Origin: Babesia bigemina
Lineage: Eukaryota
Direction: 5' to 3'
Length of the DNA stretch: 64,000 bases
Assembly (NCBI RefSeq): GCF_000981445.1
Contig: NC_027218.1
Coordinates: forward strand, 1,488,001-1,552,000
The translations under genes were made by a program, and so were the position numbers. Under the pieces are notes generated by a model that did not search any database, was not told where the DNA came from, and was given only the letters and a program-made list of their open reading frames with translations. Every line of letters begins with the position of its first letter. Positions within the stretch are counted from its first letter, which is position 1. This document shows positions 1 through 11,400 of this stretch, piece by piece.

Positions 1-35
1 GCAATGCGCCACATGACGCAGATATCCTACATCAT

Positions 36-1883
36 TTAGATCTCTTCTTCCTCCTCTCCCATTTCTTCCGTTCCCTCGGGTAATTGCTCCTCCTGCGTCA
101 AATCACGGGGTTCCTCCTCTTCAGCAAGCATTTGACCTTCCTCGTGGCCTGACGACACGCCCCTCTCGGGTTCACCTTCCAAATTGAACTCATCACCATT
201 CTCCTGCTCTTCGTTTTCGGCATTCATGCGGGGGGAAGCGGGACGAGACGACAATTCTTCCTCGATGACATCCTCCGGACCATTTTCGGTCTCATCCGTC
301 AGGGAATCCACTTCTTCGCGGCGTTCCTCCTCTATATCAAATTCTTCCTCGTTGCTAGACTCACGATCGGCCTCGTCAGTGGATCTGAACTCATCCTCGC
401 TAGCCTCATTTTCCAATTCAGAACGTTCGTTGTATGTCTCCTCAGCAGTTTCCTGGAAGCTCTCGTCCTCTGGACTTAGGGATGCCGAACGCCTATTTCT
501 TGACCTCGGCACTTCTTCGGCGCCATTTTCTAAAACATTGACGTCTGCTTCTTCTTCTTCTTCCTCCTCCTCTTCCTCTGGTTGACTTTCATTGGAGCTC
601 TCTTCGTCTTCTTCCTCTAGCTTGTCCTCTTCGTCTTCATCTTCACCGCTCTTGCTCTTGTTGTCTTCCTCATCCGATTTCTGAGCAATATCTTCATTGC
701 CCTCCTCGCCACGCTCTCCCTCTTCATCTCCTTTCTTAGCTTCCTCCTCGTCACTGCTTAGTGATTCCTCTTCTTTCTCATCTTCATCCTCTTTGTCTTC
801 ATCCTCACCACCTTCGCTTTCGCTTTCATTCTCTTTGGTAACCTCTTCCTGCTGCTCTTCCGTTTCCTCTCCTTCACCAACTGGACCCTGCTCAATAGTT
901 TCTTGTGGTTCCTGGCTTTGAGCTTCACGCCTCCTACGACTTTTAGTGGTACCAATTTCGCTTCCACCCTCAATAGGTTCCTCTTCCGACTCACTATCTG
1001 AGGACGGAGATGCCTTTTCTTGCGGAGTAATTACATTCGTCAACTCATTCTCTTTCGTCAAAACCTCTTGTGTTAATTTACCAACAGTGCGCTTTGTGCG
1101 ACGACGCAGAACCTTCTCACCTGCTTCGGCGCCGTCTACCAAGTACTGGGTGGCGGTTCCGCGGTTCAGGTAGTTGCAAAGCTCATAAGCCAATTGGTGA
1201 GTCGGTATTCCAACGGCAGCAGTGTAGCTACCGTCAATCGACTCCACCAAGGTCTCACCCAAACTCGTGTAGTTGCACGAACCAGCCACGCCCTTGTACT
1301 CCTCCGTGTCCAAGTACGCTACGATTTGCGCTTCGCTGAGAATCGCAAAGTGGACAATAGTGCGCTCGTAGAAACTGCAAACACGCTTGACACTCTTCTC
1401 CCCGTCCTTAACATAAATACTCACTCCGGTAACCATGATGGGATCATACTTCTGATAGGCAAGCAGCTGGTCGTGCGCAGCAGTCCTGTCTATTGGCTTC
1501 CCAAAAACAACATCGTTGCACCAGGCGACGGTGTCGGCACCAATAATGAACTTCACCTTACTAAAATCGAAATTGTCAGGGACGGTACCAAATGGGCTGC
1601 GCACTTCATTACGGAAAGTTCTGTCTTTTTCATGTTCAACAAAACGTTTGGCGACCATCTCGGCCTTCTTGTCGGCAGTCTTCACGGTATAATCATATGC
1701 TGTCTCACCATCTTCCAATTTCAAATTTTCCGCAAAGTTGGACCTCAACATAAGAATGTTTGTAATACCCAAATGTTGGCGCAACACGTATGCACGCAGA
1801 TCAGACTCGGAAGCCAACAGAATCCAATCATCGCCAGAGCCGCCGAAAAGCTTGGATAACGACATCAAAGTTTTGTCGGCCAT
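36..1883 (-). CDS. Maf-like nucleotide pyrophosphatase family protein (paralogue A) with a ~330-aa Glu/Asp-rich C-terminal tail
   Basis: Maf motifs ILLASESDLR, FAENL, KKA, IGADTV, GKP, AYLDTEEYKGVAGS, IDGSYTAAVGIP; residues ~290-615 are low-complexity acidic. Confidence 0.8.
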   Translation of the reverse strand: MADKTLMSLSKLFGGSGDDWILLASESDLRAYVLRQHLGITNILMLRSNFAENLKLEDGETAYDYTVKTADKKAEMVAKRFVEHEKDRTFRNEVRSPFGTVPDNFDFSKVKFIIGADTVAWCNDVVFGKPIDRTAAHDQLLAYQKYDPIMVTGVSIYVKDGEKSVKRVCSFYERTIVHFAILSEAQIVAYLDTEEYKGVAGSCNYTSLGETLVESIDGSYTAAVGIPTHQLAYELCNYLNRGTATQYLVDGAEAGEKVLRRRTKRTVGKLTQEVLTKENELTNVITPQEKASPSSDSESEEEPIEGGSEIGTTKSRRRREAQSQEPQETIEQGPVGEGEETEEQQEEVTKENESESEGGEDEDKEDEDEKEEESLSSDEEEAKKGDEEGERGEEGNEDIAQKSDEEDNKSKSGEDEDEEDKLEEEDEESSNESQPEEEEEEEEEEADVNVLENGAEEVPRSRNRRSASLSPEDESFQETAEETYNERSELENEASEDEFRSTDEADRESSNEEEFDIEEERREEVDSLTDETENGPEDVIEEELSSRPASPRMNAENEEQENGDEFNLEGEPERGVSSGHEEGQMLAEEEEPRDLTQEEQLPEGTEEMGEEEEEI

Positions 1884-2275
1884 TTTAAACAGCAGAAAAT
1901 ATTATAACGAATAAAACTAAACTGTATTAGAACGTAATTACCCTCGACGAAAGGAATAATTCGTGGATCAGCAGGCGTGCACATACCGTCGTAGCACCCG
2001 ATGTGAACAGCACCACGGAACGCGTATTTAACGTTATGTCGATGAATGCACGCAATAAACGTGTCATAAATGATTAAATGCACACAAAAATGTTGTAACG
2101 AAACGACAAAATTAATAACCTGCAAACGAATCCATCACGCTGCAGCAGCTGACAACATATCTGCATTATCATATAAATCCGGTTTCACACAGCAAAATAT
2201 CATTTGTGACAGTTAATATAATGTAGTATATTGCGATCGATCGTAATAGATTGGTATAATTAGTTGTGCGACACC

Positions 2276-2602
2276 TCAACCTATGTTCGAGGTAGCGTAT
2301 GAATACCTCCGTGTCGCATACTAGCTCCGCGAGTCTTCCTAGGTCCGCGGCTAGCTTCTCCGGCGTGAGCATGAGCGCCGCGGGATCCTCGTATATCATC
2401 CATAGCAGCGGGGGGATGTACTCGGGGCGCTCGAATACGACTGCCGTGACCTCTTCCGGTTCTGGCGTCTGGTAGGTTCCGTGGAAACGGATGCCCACGA
2501 TGCGTTGCCGCTTCACGTACGTCGCCTCGCAGTGCGCCCAGTAGTAGTACGCGAACTCCTCGTTACGAGGCACACGACTCACGAAACGCAGCACCTCCGC
2601 TG
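2276..2602 (-). repeat. 327-bp near-identical copy of an internal coding segment (8854-9180) of the TFIIIC-subunit gene
   Basis: Base-by-base comparison shows 3 mismatches, all at synonymous third positions; ORF 2169..2606 reproduces AEVLRFVSR...YLEHRL. Confidence 0.97.
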
Positions 2603-2963
2603 ACACGAATGATGCATGTTCAGAATTTCAGCCATTGTAAGCTATGTGGGCAGTAAGTAATGTCACTACAATGCGTATATAGTTTATAAAAGTGTATATT
2701 AGTATACTTATCTATCTTCTGGACATCACACACGAGTCTTATCTCGCCCAGCTCACTGGAGATTTGGACGGTACCGTATAGTATTACGACGACACACACC
2801 ACCGCCTTAACGTTGATTATCTATTTGCGATATTGAGATTTTACGCGAATTTAGTGGTTCTGCCATGCGTAATTAGACAGGAAGGCTGAGTAGCGACCAA
2901 TGTCCAACTCCTTTGTGACATCCGCAGCCGTATAGCTGCCTAACTAAACTTCGGGTCGTTGTT

Positions 2964-3161
2964 TTATCGTGAGAAAACCTTTCGTACGCGCAACCAGCCA
3001 CGGTACCTTGGGAATTTCTTAGTTGGATAGACGCAGAACATTATGACGACTATTATAGAAGCAAGAAGAGCGCCGCCGAGAATGCCGCATAGAAAAAGGC
3101 ACCACCACTTTTTCGATGAACACTGTTCTGTCTGCTGATCTTCTTGACTCATTGTACTCAT
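2964..3161 (-). CDS. Putative small single-pass membrane protein (65 aa)
   Basis: ATG at 3161; hydrophobic WWCLFLCGILGGALLASIIVVIMFCVY followed by a basic tail (KKFPRYRGWLRVRK). Confidence 0.4.
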   Translation of the reverse strand: MSTMSQEDQQTEQCSSKKWWCLFLCGILGGALLASIIVVIMFCVYPTKKFPRYRGWLRVRKVFSR

Positions 3162-4068
3162 CCCCTGCACAGCTTTGGACAACTCCCACAAATGCGGGTA
3201 GCAGTTGAATATGCGATACCCATGTTACCGCAGCAAATATATGAACTAATACCTCCTTCTTACTTTGTTTAATGGCAAAAGGCGGTAGTTAACGTCCCAG
3301 TTGTGACGTCACATCAATTATCAGCAGCAGTGAGTAGACGTGGTATCCCATCTCAATCTCCTGAGCGAAAGAAATACCAGCAATTATTTTCGTGCCAAAT
3401 GTAATATTATATCAGGTTTTATAGTGATTCTAAAACGGATCTCCAGTGCTCGCCGTGATGTGCGTCACGCGAGGTCTGGATGTAGGCATATGCGTGATGG
3501 ATGTAACAAAAGGCATTCACATGTCGGTTGCCGCAATTATGAGTATATAAGTGGTCTGTGTAATTCGATGTTCTGTTCGTTTTCAATAGAACGGCGTGTA
3601 AGTCGCTTCCAATGAGGCGAAAACAAATTGCGCTGCTGAAACTAGACGTTAGGAAGCACTCGCGAAGCGTTATGCTTCAACTGCGTGATTGTAAGTCAAT
3701 ATAGCGTCAGTTAACAATGCTACGGTCAATTATCCCAAAAGAGGTCCATTAAAGTTATTAACGGTTTGTAGTATTATTGCCGTCACACCTAAACGGCTTA
3801 ATACATCAGTATCGCACTGTGCATTTCCCTGCAATGTAGCGGTAGTAAACGATCACTAATGCTGTCGACTGGGGGCTCAATGCTCGAGGCCTGTACTTGC
3901 ACGTCGCTTGAGATTAACCTGAGACGAGCAGTGGTGGAAGGTGTACTTAACCGCGCCTTAGTAGACATGCTTCGACGGCGATGCACAAATCAAAATGCGC
4001 ACCAACAAAAACAGTGGAAACACACTCATTGATGACTCACAGATGAGTTACCAAATCCTAGCTATTCA

Positions 4069-6987
4069 TCACCTGGCGTAGTAGTTCTCGATCTGGATGG
4101 TAGACAGGACGACACCCTTGGTAGTGACGCAGCGGCACTCCAACAGCGGCGTCTGGCGCAGCTTATCTCTTGGTGTTATCTGGGAACCGTCAAACTTCAG
4201 TGTGACAAAGTGATTAGTTCTTGACGCTACCAACGACTTGCTGACATCGCTCAGGTTCTTCACTTCGTCCTCAACGTAAACTTGGTTGAAGCAGTTGGGT
4301 GGGTCCATGGCGTACGGTGTTGGGCAGTAGAACGCCGCTTTGCGTGCGGCCCGCAAATCGATCTTGCACCCGATTTCCTGCCCTTCCGCATTGTAGAGTT
4401 TGGGTGTCTCGGGCTTGAACAACTCAGCGGACCCGTAGGTAACTCCGCAGCCTTGCCGGTAGGGGTCCGTCATTTCGACTTTAACCTCAACTACGTTCCA
4501 CATGTATCCTAATGACAACGCCATGGTATTAGAAGTGGGTTGTGCAGATGCGTTTGCTGTCGATGCATCTCCAGGCATAACGGACAACTCCGATGTCTCG
4601 GGTGCTTTACCGCAGATGAATGTCATCGGCACATACTTCTTATGCGTTGGATTTTTAGAGATCAGGATTGCTCCCAGAATTGACTTAATTACCAATATAC
4701 GGGTTTTACCTGCATTCTTATCGCTCTGGTAGCCGACCGAGAATCCACCTGGAGATGCCGCAATTGTATCTGCGTATGCCGATTTTACAACCTCGATACG
4801 ACCGTCTGTTTCGTTCATCGAATAATAGAATTCTTCAGTTTGGTTCGGCAGCCACGTTGCTGGAATGTTTTTGTCAATTCTAGGGCGAGGGCAATCACAC
4901 CTTATGTCCCCATACTTAGCTGGGTTTTCCTCAACTCCGCAAGTCATGGCTAATGTCTTACCCGGCTGCAGAGTGGTTGATCTCCGCCGTATGTTGTAGA
5001 GCATGAGAGATGTGGGTGGTGCGAATTCATCAGTTGACAAGTCAACCTCACGCCACGGCAGTACTACGTAAGGAACCACTCTATGAGGAGCCTGTGTCCG
5101 TATTGCTGTTAAGGTAAACTTTTCGTATTGGTATGACTCTATAACAAGCCTGGACTTTTCATAGCCACGTTGGTCTACACAAGAGCAAGCGTAGCTGACA
5201 GGGCTATCGTCGATGTACCGATAAGAAAACAGCTGGAACCCTACAATGTGATGCGGCGTTTCATTTTGCACCGATTCAGGAATTGAAATAATCCTATTCT
5301 TCGTGAGATCGTATCCCTTTGACTGGCAATTAGTCGGCAACAGTTCCTCGCCAGGCCTACAGTGGATACCAGTCCAACGAGAGCCCTGATCAATATAGAC
5401 TTTGCATTCGTGGACATCCCCTATGCCATTACCCATGGATGTCACCGAGCAATTTGTCTCGTTACTCTTGGGAGAAAAGACGGCGTGTGGCCCACGGTCG
5501 GAACCAATTATGTTGTACTCATGGGTGAACGCAAAGGCAACATTGACGGTAGCACGTATTTTGTTTTCAATATTCGCATTTCTATGTATGGAAGTCCAAT
5601 GAAAACCGAACGAGTTTGGTCCACCTAATAACGTCATGGGTTCATCCGGATGGTAAATCAGCTTCACTTCTCCGCTGTTCATTTGCGAAACATCTAACTC
5701 TAGGGCGTCGCCAGCGATAGCACTGTGGTATGGTACTTCTTTGTAAATACCAAGGTCATAAACGCTTTCCTCTTGCCTCAGCTTAGTTAAGTCCTTCGGT
5801 GCGAAATCGGTTTCGAAAAACTGTCCAGGCTGCGTTTGCGTGAGTGTATCAGGTGGTGATTGCCCGTTTTTATCCACAACAAATTCATTTGCTGAGCTTG
5901 CACCTAGAGACTCTTTTGGGAATCTGATGGTCAAGGTGCTGCCCGGATGGAGAACCACGGAGCACCAAGGACCCCGGATGGGATGCGACAGGCTGCGTTC
6001 TATCATGCTGGAGATGTCACATACGTAGTCGTTTTTTGAACGTATTTCCATTTTGGCCTTTATTGCGCCCGTTGTAGGATCCGTACACCTGCATTCGCCG
6101 CTGAACGATGGTATAGCCAAGTTATTGAAGTATTTCGCCGATACCCACGGTTGATATGAACTGGATATCTCAGCATAACGTGGTCTAGGCACTCTCGTAA
6201 CGACGCCATCAACCAACAGGTCATACATGCAATTCTTAGGTTCGAGCACTCCTTCGCATACAAACCCGATAGTTGATTGCGACATAGGATTCACTACACA
6301 AGAACGTGTGCCGGTGACGGGGTCTACAGTCACCTCATTATCCGGAGCGAATAGTCTCGAGGGGCGGCTCCCACAGCCTTGAAAAGGTAGATTGACGCGT
6401 CCTCTGTTCATGTATACTACACCCAGGCCCTTGCCTATCTTTGCTATTTCTTGAACTAATGGAGTTTGTGCATCCCAAGGAATTTCACTCTTTTTCGTAG
6501 AACTGAAAAGATAGATTTGACGCTGTAACTCTTCGCTCAAAACCAGATCTTTCGGGCCACAGATAAACATGAAACGATTGTCGGTAAACACAATCCTATT
6601 TGATCCTCCCATTGTGAACACCATCTGCGTTTGCTGGCGATAATATTCCATCCATAGGAATGTTTCCCTTCCTTCAATGAGCACCACATCCGAAAGTGGT
6701 ACGGAACGAAGTTTCTCATTTTCACCGACGTACGTATAGATTTCATTTCCATTACCCGACGGTGGTTGAGGATGCCAAACGTACCTGGTGCCGCCGACAT
6801 GGCTTGGGCATATCTCACGTCCGTTATGGGAGACCTGCAGATCCTTGTGGCACGCGACGAACGCATTACTACTCAATGATCTAGTTGTCACAGTTAAATC
6901 AAAACCAAACGCGGCAATAAGCGCAACGTAATGTAGCCATATGGCTCCGACCGCGCAGACCGCTCTCATGGCGCTGAAGTTGGCCAT
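4069..6987 (-). CDS. Secreted multi-domain 6-Cys (s48/45-like) family protein, 972 aa
   Basis: N-terminal hydrophobic signal; repeated GC...C...(F/H)xC...PxNC...CxC modules (e.g. QGCG...IGCKID...FYCP...PPNCF...LECRCV); no C-terminal GPI/TM stretch. Confidence 0.75.
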   Translation of the reverse strand: MANFSAMRAVCAVGAIWLHYVALIAAFGFDLTVTTRSLSSNAFVACHKDLQVSHNGREICPSHVGGTRYVWHPQPPSGNGNEIYTYVGENEKLRSVPLSDVVLIEGRETFLWMEYYRQQTQMVFTMGGSNRIVFTDNRFMFICGPKDLVLSEELQRQIYLFSSTKKSEIPWDAQTPLVQEIAKIGKGLGVVYMNRGRVNLPFQGCGSRPSRLFAPDNEVTVDPVTGTRSCVVNPMSQSTIGFVCEGVLEPKNCMYDLLVDGVVTRVPRPRYAEISSSYQPWVSAKYFNNLAIPSFSGECRCTDPTTGAIKAKMEIRSKNDYVCDISSMIERSLSHPIRGPWCSVVLHPGSTLTIRFPKESLGASSANEFVVDKNGQSPPDTLTQTQPGQFFETDFAPKDLTKLRQEESVYDLGIYKEVPYHSAIAGDALELDVSQMNSGEVKLIYHPDEPMTLLGGPNSFGFHWTSIHRNANIENKIRATVNVAFAFTHEYNIIGSDRGPHAVFSPKSNETNCSVTSMGNGIGDVHECKVYIDQGSRWTGIHCRPGEELLPTNCQSKGYDLTKNRIISIPESVQNETPHHIVGFQLFSYRYIDDSPVSYACSCVDQRGYEKSRLVIESYQYEKFTLTAIRTQAPHRVVPYVVLPWREVDLSTDEFAPPTSLMLYNIRRRSTTLQPGKTLAMTCGVEENPAKYGDIRCDCPRPRIDKNIPATWLPNQTEEFYYSMNETDGRIEVVKSAYADTIAASPGGFSVGYQSDKNAGKTRILVIKSILGAILISKNPTHKKYVPMTFICGKAPETSELSVMPGDASTANASAQPTSNTMALSLGYMWNVVEVKVEMTDPYRQGCGVTYGSAELFKPETPKLYNAEGQEIGCKIDLRAARKAAFYCPTPYAMDPPNCFNQVYVEDEVKNLSDVSKSLVASRTNHFVTLKFDGSQITPRDKLRQTPLLECRCVTTKGVVLSTIQIENYYAR

Positions 6988-7607
6988 GGTGATGTATTTT
7001 GGGTTATACGCTTAACAAAGACGAGCATGAACTGTGCACATTTGTTACACCGATCTTGTGGATTTGGTAAAAAAATTTCCACAAAATATAATTGCTTGTG
7101 ACATGGAAACGCACCCAATAATGCCCCCGGCCATGAGCAGGCAGCACCCTATTGAGGAATTTTCGTAAGCAATTTTCAGCGCTAGCGTGGCAACTAAGCG
7201 AGCCGATATCACAGCGATACATTATCGCTGCATGACTATACTTTTATCTGCACTACAAAATTACATTCAACTATTGCCGCTTTTCGTGCTTCCAGTGGGT
7301 CCACCTCCCCGGACGCTGTAGGCGCGAACTCTCTACGAAGTATAGTCTCGTACTGCTGAGAAACTTATGGAAAAAGTTGTTAAAGCCGCATTCGGCGGCA
7401 ATAAGTTGTAGCGAGAATGGTCACTCGGCATCATGCCTCATTATCAACATGGCGTAGGCGTGGGACCGTCAGTTGGAGATGAACTGACACCGACAAATGC
7501 CTTTAGTCCGCTTTATACCCTAAATACCATCCGCCCCATTCATTTTATCCATTAATTTACGCTCTTTTTGGGGAGTACCGGTTCGTTCAGTTGGCGTAGG
7601 TTCCAGC

Positions 7608-8444
7608 CTACTTAGTCGCAGCGTCTCCTTTTACTTCCTCATCGACGGTGTTTTCCACTTCACATTCTAGGTCATCGTCCTCGAAGAACTCTTCGTCCTC
7701 GCCCTCTATCACGAAGCCAGTCAAGTAACGGCACAGATTCCTGGACACCTTTTGAGCGGGCATGCCAACCGACGTGGTATAGCTGCCGTCCATCCACTCA
7801 ATTAGGGACTCGGCGAACCCGGTAATCCTGCACGACCCTGCGGTGCCTACAAACTCATTCGTCCGTAGGTACGCCTCGATATCCTCGGGCGTCATGCGCT
7901 GGAAGCGGAGCACGGTGCTTTCGTAGAAGGAAAAGATGGGCTCGTCGTGGCCTTTTTCGCGTGCGTACGCGCTCACACCGGTAATCATCTCGGGGTAGGC
8001 ATTCTGGTACGCAGTGAACTGCTTACGCGCCTCGTCAATGTTGGCGGGCTTCTCGAAGATCTCGCCGGCGCACGAGCACACAGTGTCGGCGCCGATAACG
8101 AACCTGACCTTGCTGATGTCGAATCCCGTCGGCACGCTCCCGAACGGATTTTTGAGGTCTTCCAGCACTGCCTTGACCTCTTCGGGCGTTGAGGCGCCAA
8201 ATACGCGCTGGGCAACGGCGCGAGCCTTGCCGTCAGCGGTTGCGCGAGCGTAGTCTCCCACGTCCTCGAATTCCGACTTGTCCAAATCCTCCGCGAAGCC
8301 GGAGGTGAGCAACAGCAGGTTTTGAATGTTGAGGTGCTGACGCAACACGTGGGCGCGGATAGTCGCGGAAGTTGCCAACACAACCCAGTCCCTGTCCGGG
8401 TTGCTGAACTGGTCGCCCAGCGACAAGATGGAGGTAAAACTCAT
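7608..8444 (-). CDS. Maf-like nucleotide pyrophosphatase family protein (paralogue B), 278 aa
   Basis: First ATG at 8444; VLATSATIR, GFAEDL, GKA, IGADTV, EKP, TAGSC, DGSYTTSVGMP; collinear with 36..1883. Confidence 0.85.
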   Translation of the reverse strand: MSFTSILSLGDQFSNPDRDWVVLATSATIRAHVLRQHLNIQNLLLLTSGFAEDLDKSEFEDVGDYARATADGKARAVAQRVFGASTPEEVKAVLEDLKNPFGSVPTGFDISKVRFVIGADTVCSCAGEIFEKPANIDEARKQFTAYQNAYPEMITGVSAYAREKGHDEPIFSFYESTVLRFQRMTPEDIEAYLRTNEFVGTAGSCRITGFAESLIEWMDGSYTTSVGMPAQKVSRNLCRYLTGFVIEGEDEEFFEDDDLECEVENTVDEEVKGDAATK

Positions 8445-8469
8445 GATTATATATACAATATTCTGATCA

Positions 8470-11400
8470 CTACTTCGTGTTCGTATACGGGTATAGTACG
8501 TGGTAGAATTTCTGCAGCCAGCTGGAATCTTCGTTGAGGAAGTGCAGGTAACACGCTCCGGAATCCACACCACTACGGGCGACACCACGCGTGAACGACG
8601 ACGCTAGCGGCTTCCGATGGCATATGCCCAGCGCGATCATTCCCTGTATCACTAATTTCACCTCGCAGAGGTCGAGGATCACCAGTTTCTCCCACACCTG
8701 AACGAATGTCTAAAACACACACACACACACAAACCTCAACCACGGTCTGCCCGGGAACGGTCTTCAAAAGGGAAGCTATGCGTAGCATCAGAAATGACAC
8801 CAACACCCGGTTCAAATGCCCGTCTAGCGATACGAAGCTGCACAGTGGCGACTTCAACCTATGTTCGAGGTAGCGTATGAATACCTCCGTGTCGCATACT
8901 AGCTCCGCGAGCCTTCCTAGGTCCGCGGCGAGCTTCTCCGGCGTGAGCATGAGCGCCGCGGGATCCTCGTATATCATCCATAGCAGCGGGGGGATGTACT
9001 CGGGGCGCTCGAATACGACTGCCGTGACCTCTTCCGGTTCTGGCGTCTGGTAGGTTCCGTGGAAACGGATGCCCACGATGCGTTGCCGCTTCACGTACGT
9101 CGCCTCGCAGTGCGCCCAGTAGTAGTACGCGAACTCCTCGTTACGAGGCACACGGCTCACGAAACGCAGCACCTCCGCTGTTGCCACTAGCACCTCGAAG
9201 GCCGCACGCAGCAACGTCGTGCTCTGCTTATTGATCACCACAGGCTCATCCTTGAATACGACATCGTACAGCAAAGCAAACTTGGCGAACAAATCCGACT
9301 CTAAGATACCATAACTCTCGGTGACCTGCACCATGCACACCACACGGTACACCCCAGTCTCCAAGTATAACAAGCGATCCTCCAACTCCAACACTGGAGT
9401 GCCGTACAGCGACCGAATCATGCGCACCAGCAGGTCGGACAACAGTCCTAATGACGGTGTCGCTGCTATCGGTTTTGGCGCTGGCTTCGGAGCCATCTGG
9501 CCCGGTGCTCCGAATGTAGGCTGGGGGAAATAGGCGTATATTGGCAGCGCGCCCTTGTAACCCTTACTATACGTTTGACCCGTGTAACGTGGAGCTGCAC
9601 CTGCAGCGCGATTACCCTGCTGGCTGCTACGAGCATCCGCAAACAGAGCTTTCTCGACAACTGGCACCAAGGTGAACGAACGCCCAGCCCACCAGCCACG
9701 GTCGCGGTCCGTAGAATATTCGAAGTTGCATAGCGGATATCGGCAGCTGATGCGGCTGCCGAATAACCGCGACGAGCAGCTGATGGGACTCAGCACTTCC
9801 GAAATCCGACCACCACAGACAATTTCACGATTGCGCTCCAGTTCATAGGCAAAGTTCTCGTTATGAGCACGCGTTTTGGGCCCAGATTTGTTGACCCTGG
9901 GGAGTTGCGGCATAGGACACGGCGCACACAGGCCAACCGTCACCGATACGACCGTCGGCACGTTGGGCGTGCAATCGCGGAGGTGCCTGGATATACCGCC
10001 ATCATTCAACCGCTCATACGATACCTTTACTCGCTTAGCCACAGGCGGCTCTTCCACGTCTTCGGGCCCCCATAAAGGCAGGAAGGAGAGATTCCCGTTC
10101 ACAAAGTGATTCATCATGCTGTAAATGTCATGCATGCTCAACTCATCCGATGGACGCATGAAACCGGGGGTGAACGCAGGTGATATAGACGCTCCCAATT
10201 CGCTTCCGGGGATCTGATGCCTTTCGCTGTCACTGGCTGCTATAGCCGAGGCAGCCAAACTGCCCCGGTACATGACGATGTGCGAATCCAACAAGTTGTA
10301 ATTGAATTCATACTCCGAGTACTTCCCGAACAATCGCCCCTTCGCGAAGGTGCTCAGCTTGAAGTACGTGTACATGTTGGTGCTCTCCTTGGTGTTCACC
10401 ACCCACCCCTTCTCGCACCACTGACGCAGAATGTTACGGCCGCGGCGGAAGTCAGGCTCCGACTTCAAAAACCACGGGCGCATACACATGATGGGGCTGA
10501 AGAGCAGGCTCTTCAGGTGGCACTTGAGGTGGTCGTATGCCGTGCTTTCGTTGGTCAAAATGCGGTACATGTGGCTGTGGTGCTTGAGCGAGATGTACAC
10601 GTCACTCGAACACAATTGGCGCATACGCCGGAGCATGCGGGGACTCAATAGCGACTTGCCGATGATGTACTCGAACACATAACGACACGCCGCTGCATTG
10701 AACTTGCCATCGAACATGAGCGACAGAAACGTCCAAATGCGGTCCAACGGCTGCGGCTCAGTCGTTTCAAGCTCGACATCCGAGTCACCGGATAATTCAG
10801 ATTCTTCCGGGTCTGAATCGGACACATCGCTGATGGTCGATTTCGAGTCTATCGAGTCTACCTTGGGAAGGTCATCCTCACTTCGCATAACATTCTTGTA
10901 CTCGAGCGCTTTAGCATAGAGCTCTCCAAGTTCCGCGGGGTCGGTGTCGCCATCGTTGAACTTCCTGCGCCATTCTTTATCATACGGTGTGATTGATCCT
11001 GCGGGAGCTGCCTCTGCTGAATTGGTGACCTGGTCGCTTCCTGGCGGCCCCGCTGCAATTCGGTGGCGCTTACGATGAGCCGATTCGGACCGCATGGCGG
11101 TGATCATCTTCTGACGAAGCGCTCCCCATGTAACCGGGGAGCAGAATGATTGGTTTTTGGAGTCCTTCAGCTTCCCGTAGAACATCGCGTTACACATGCG
11201 CTCGGCCAAAACAAATTTGGCTAACCAGACGCACTCATCGTCCACGCTCATATTCTTCGCGTAAATCACAGCGGACTTCGGGACGCCAATGTGCGCGGAC
11301 TGAACCCCGATGTTCCGTATACGGTGCGACAGATGCTTGTAGAGATGGTCGTGGGAGACGTTGTAGTTCTGGCAGACCAGGTCCATCAAGTAGTCCGGCA

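Noticed and set aside
184..1859. Ser-rich plus-strand ORFs
   Set aside because: Antisense shadows of the Glu-rich Maf A coding sequence
7515..7526. ACCCTAAA as a telomerase template or telomeric seed
   Set aside because: A single 7-mer without the 1.5-repeat template pattern; expected by chance
8573..8734. C-terminus VCVCVCVLDIRSG... of the 1822-aa ORF
   Set aside because: Read-through of a 37-nt intron containing a (GT)n microsatellite
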